From positions 32,001 to 96,000 of the IMG/VR virus record IMGVR_UViG_3300037067_015211: a stretch of DNA of 64,000 nucleotides. One strand, written 5' to 3'. The position numbers and the translations under genes are program-made. This stretch comes from a virus. Its lineage: Duplodnaviria; Caudoviricetes. Below, piece by piece: positions 61,047 to 64,000 of this stretch; the first letter of the stretch is position 1; each line of letters opens with the position of its first letter. Below the pieces are notes generated by a model that had not been told where the DNA came from, searched no databases, and worked only from the letters and a program-made list of their open reading frames with translations.

Positions 61047-63002
61047 TTACTTCGCGGCTTGCAAAACTTTATTATAGATTTCTTCTCCAATCGCCTTAAT
61101 GGCAACTGTTTTGTTATCGCGGAAATCTTTTACCGATCTAATTCCGTATTCATACAATTTTTTGGCCCTAACGCCTCCGATATGCGGCAATGAACAAAGA
61201 AGTGCGGCTTCTCTCTGAACTCCATATTTCACGCGATATTTCAAAATCTCCAAATCACTGCCCCTATCCCATCGAGCACACATTTTGTCGATCATCCCAA
61301 TTGTGGTAAAAACTCTCTCGATATCGTAAACAAAATTTCTGAAATCCAGCTTGAAAGAATCCATATCCCTATTTTTAAGCTGCAAATAAATTGCAGTCGC
61401 TTTTACCTTCCCTTGACAAATATTTGTTCCAAGCGTATTTCGCATTTCCGACTCGAATATACTAACCAGTTTTTGATGATAACTGGCCACATAGGGGTCT
61501 GCAAAATTAGATACATTAGCCAATGCCCATGCAATGGCAATCTCGTTGTTATGCAAATTTTGTTCAAATATATTTGCAAAGTTTCTCTTCCATTGGTAGA
61601 CCGTCCAAGGATCATAATACATAGCCGTGCAGATAATGCCCAATTTTTTGATTACAAACTTATCGTCTTTTTTGTCAATAATTCCCATTTCTACAAATTT
61701 TTCCAACATAATGGAGATTTGTTCTCGGTCAAACTCTTTGTAGTGGAAATATCTAAATGTTCTTTGATACCATTTGAGTGCGGATTCCAAATCATTGATT
61801 TCACCATTCTTGATCTCGGCCACAATATGAGCACCCATTTTTCTCACACCACCATCACTGTCGATCATGGCAGATTCAATGGGCGGCAGATCCTTTAGGA
61901 TTTTTTTCCACTCATACATTTCTTCCATATTGCAAACGTAATAGACTTCTCCGGTCTTGCTATATCCAATGCGCCCTGCTCTACCAGCCATTTGAACGAC
62001 ATCGTAAGGGTTGATAAGGCTTTGACCCCGCTTGAACCCGCACAGAATAACTACTGCGGCGGTTGTATTGACCCCCCATGCAATAACAGAAGTAGCTACA
62101 ATACACCTAATAGAGTCCTCGGTGTTTTTGTTGAAGTCGTCAATTATTTTCAACTTTTCTGACTTTTCTAGGTCAGCGGATAGAAAAACAACTTGTTTGC
62201 CAAATATTTGCTCTAGTTTTTCCGTAGCTACTGCGCCCTCTTTTTTGGAATGGACAAAGAAGATGATTTTCTTGTTTTTTAATTGTCGGGCCACGTCTAC
62301 AGCAGTTTGAATGCGCATTTTAACTTCATCATTATATCCCCTTTGTCTTGAATACGCAATCCACTCTTGACTGGTTTCGATAGGCCGATAATCGGATATA
62401 ATGGTTTTATATGGTTTGCCGTTCAGGAGAGCAAACCATTTGCCGATATCCTCTACGTTGGGCAGGGTGCCCGAGATAGCCAGTAGTCTAGCGTCCTTGT
62501 TGTAGTTGGTAAAGCGCATTAACCCCGCTTCTAGGGCGTCTCCGCGCCCGTCTATGGCAAGCAAATGCACCTCATCGACAATTATACACCCCACATCTAA
62601 AAGCCATGAATGCTTCTCGGCAACCATCATTCTGGTCTTAGAGTCAAGAGATTCCGATGTCATGATGATAATTTCCGCCTCGGCAAATTTATTTGCCGGG
62701 ATATTCATGTAATCTCCCGTACAAATCAGTATTTTTTTGCTGGAAAAACCATGATTTGTATTGGTCCATTCAGCGGCTTTTTGTTCGGAGATGGCCTTCA
62801 AGGGGCTTAAGTAGATTGCCTTCTTTTTATGCACTGCCAGAGTATGGGCTATGAGCATCTCGGCCAAGGTGGTTTTACCGGCCGATGTACGGGCGGCTAT
62901 GATGAAATTAGCATCCTGATCGTATTGATTTAGGAATTCAGCCTGAACTGGGTTGAATTCAGGATACGGGAATTGCAAGTATTTGAAATCTGATGTTGGC
63001 AT
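61047..63002 (-). CDS. Ski2/Hel308-like SF2 helicase
   Basis: FNPVQ, ARTSAGKT, PLKA, TGD, DEVH, SGT, AWGVN, QMAGRAGR, C-terminal HhH LPHIGGVRA. Confidence 0.92.
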   Translation of the reverse strand: MPTSDFKYLQFPYPEFNPVQAEFLNQYDQDANFIIAARTSAGKTTLAEMLIAHTLAVHKKKAIYLSPLKAISEQKAAEWTNTNHGFSSKKILICTGDYMNIPANKFAEAEIIIMTSESLDSKTRMMVAEKHSWLLDVGCIIVDEVHLLAIDGRGDALEAGLMRFTNYNKDARLLAISGTLPNVEDIGKWFALLNGKPYKTIISDYRPIETSQEWIAYSRQRGYNDEVKMRIQTAVDVARQLKNKKIIFFVHSKKEGAVATEKLEQIFGKQVVFLSADLEKSEKLKIIDDFNKNTEDSIRCIVATSVIAWGVNTTAAVVILCGFKRGQSLINPYDVVQMAGRAGRIGYSKTGEVYYVCNMEEMYEWKKILKDLPPIESAMIDSDGGVRKMGAHIVAEIKNGEINDLESALKWYQRTFRYFHYKEFDREQISIMLEKFVEMGIIDKKDDKFVIKKLGIICTAMYYDPWTVYQWKRNFANIFEQNLHNNEIAIAWALANVSNFADPYVASYHQKLVSIFESEMRNTLGTNICQGKVKATAIYLQLKNRDMDSFKLDFRNFVYDIERVFTTIGMIDKMCARWDRGSDLEILKYRVKYGVQREAALLCSLPHIGGVRAKKLYEYGIRSVKDFRDNKTVAIKAIGEEIYNKVLQAAK

Positions 63003-63028
63003 TCTTTGCCTTTTTTATTTTTTCTTTT

Positions 63029-63850
63029 TTATTCATCCTTGCCATAAACCAAAATAACGGCATCTTCACAAATACTCACGGTTTTATGGAAAAGCTTAGC
63101 TTTGACAATTGTATTTTGACACTGTTCATGAAAATTCATGGCAGCATTTCTTTTTTTGTCTATATGGGCCGCCTCTCTTTTAATTTTTTCTAACTCTTTT
63201 TCAAGCACTTCCAACTTTGCAAGTTTTTCCTGTTTATTCATATTTAACATCATACCCTCAATAACAATATTTCTGACCAAATTTTCATTGATTCATCAAA
63301 AAGCCTACCCATTGGAGCAACTTTGTCACATGTTGCATTTCGAACAGTCGATAATTTTTTCATTTTTTCTCTATTTTCGATAAGTTTTTTTTCTAATTCT
63401 GCAAACTTTCTTGTTTTTTCTTTTTTATTCATATATGTCTTTTTTAATAAGAATTACGACGGCATCAGAAAATAATTGAATGGATTCATTTAACACTTTT
63501 GACATTGCCACTATATTTTTACACTTATCTATAGTGGTTGTATTTGCAATCTTTTTTTTACTCAAATTACTCATTTTTTTATCATTTGCAATAATTTTGT
63601 TTTCAAGTCTTTCAAAGTCAAGTTTTGCTTGTTTGTTCATGTTTTAATTTATTTCCATGCCATCTTCATACATATCTTTTTTAATAAGAATTGCCAAGGC
63701 CATCACCTTGAATTTGAATTCACTCAATTCTGCCTCTTCTTTTTCCACAGATAAAGATGCAATTCTTTTATTATTAATGGCACTTTGCCTTTTTTCTAAT
63801 TCTTTTTCAAGGCTTTTGAGTTTTTTATTTTTTTCTTCCTGTGTCAGCAT
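63029..63850 (-). CDS. Four tandem paralogous small coiled-coil proteins (63029-~63241, 63250-63432, 63425-63640, 63644-63850)
   Basis: Shared MNK.EK......LEK.L start and hydrophobic A.IL[IV]KKD end. Confidence 0.7.
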
Positions 63851-64000
63851 ATTTATATAGACGATTTTAATTCAATTGCCCTCACCGCCCTTTGAAACGC
63901 CCTGTCCACCATTGCCCGTCTATCCGCCCTACTCATATTTTTTGCATTTCTTTTTTTAAGCCCTTCATCTTCTTCATATTCCTTGTCCATCTTTTCAAAT

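Noticed and set aside
1-64000. Eukaryotic giant virus, or a recoded (TAG/TGA) phage
   Set aside because: SD sites, sigma70 promoters and a terminase indicate a bacteriophage; conserved genes are full length under code 11 and all three stop codons are used.

Overview
This window is 64 kb of an AT-rich, large tailed bacteriophage (probably jumbo-class) with a bacterial host. The evidence is a terminase large subunit, densely packed small ORFs with Shine-Dalgarno sites, sigma70-type promoters, the standard genetic code and 8 tRNA genes. The left ~27.7 kb (+ strand) is an early/accessory region. It holds RtcB and Rnl1-type RNA ligases, ThyX, a radical SAM gene, a TnpB element and a complete four-gene deamidating NAD+ salvage operon (pncB-nadE-nadD-pncA). 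That operon is the best candidate for an undescribed system: a phage NAD+-reconstitution route distinct from NARP1/NARP2. The right part (mostly - strand) holds nucleotide-metabolism genes, tRNA clusters, the terminase, a Ski2/Hel308-like helicase and an IsrB element whose insertion site can be reconstructed. It also holds an 8-finger C2H2 zinc-finger array and an HMGA-like AT-hook protein. Several unrelated proteins share an N-terminal leader (M-x-x-[YF]-x-[TN]-[WY]-basic...A) that recurs five times inside one 1497-aa protein, suggesting a capsid-targeting/cleavage tag and a virion-cargo polyprotein. An EcoRI-family adenine methyltransferase, missed by the ORF track, runs off the left edge behind an IS1595 remnant. 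All calls come from motif recognition by eye; no database searches were run.
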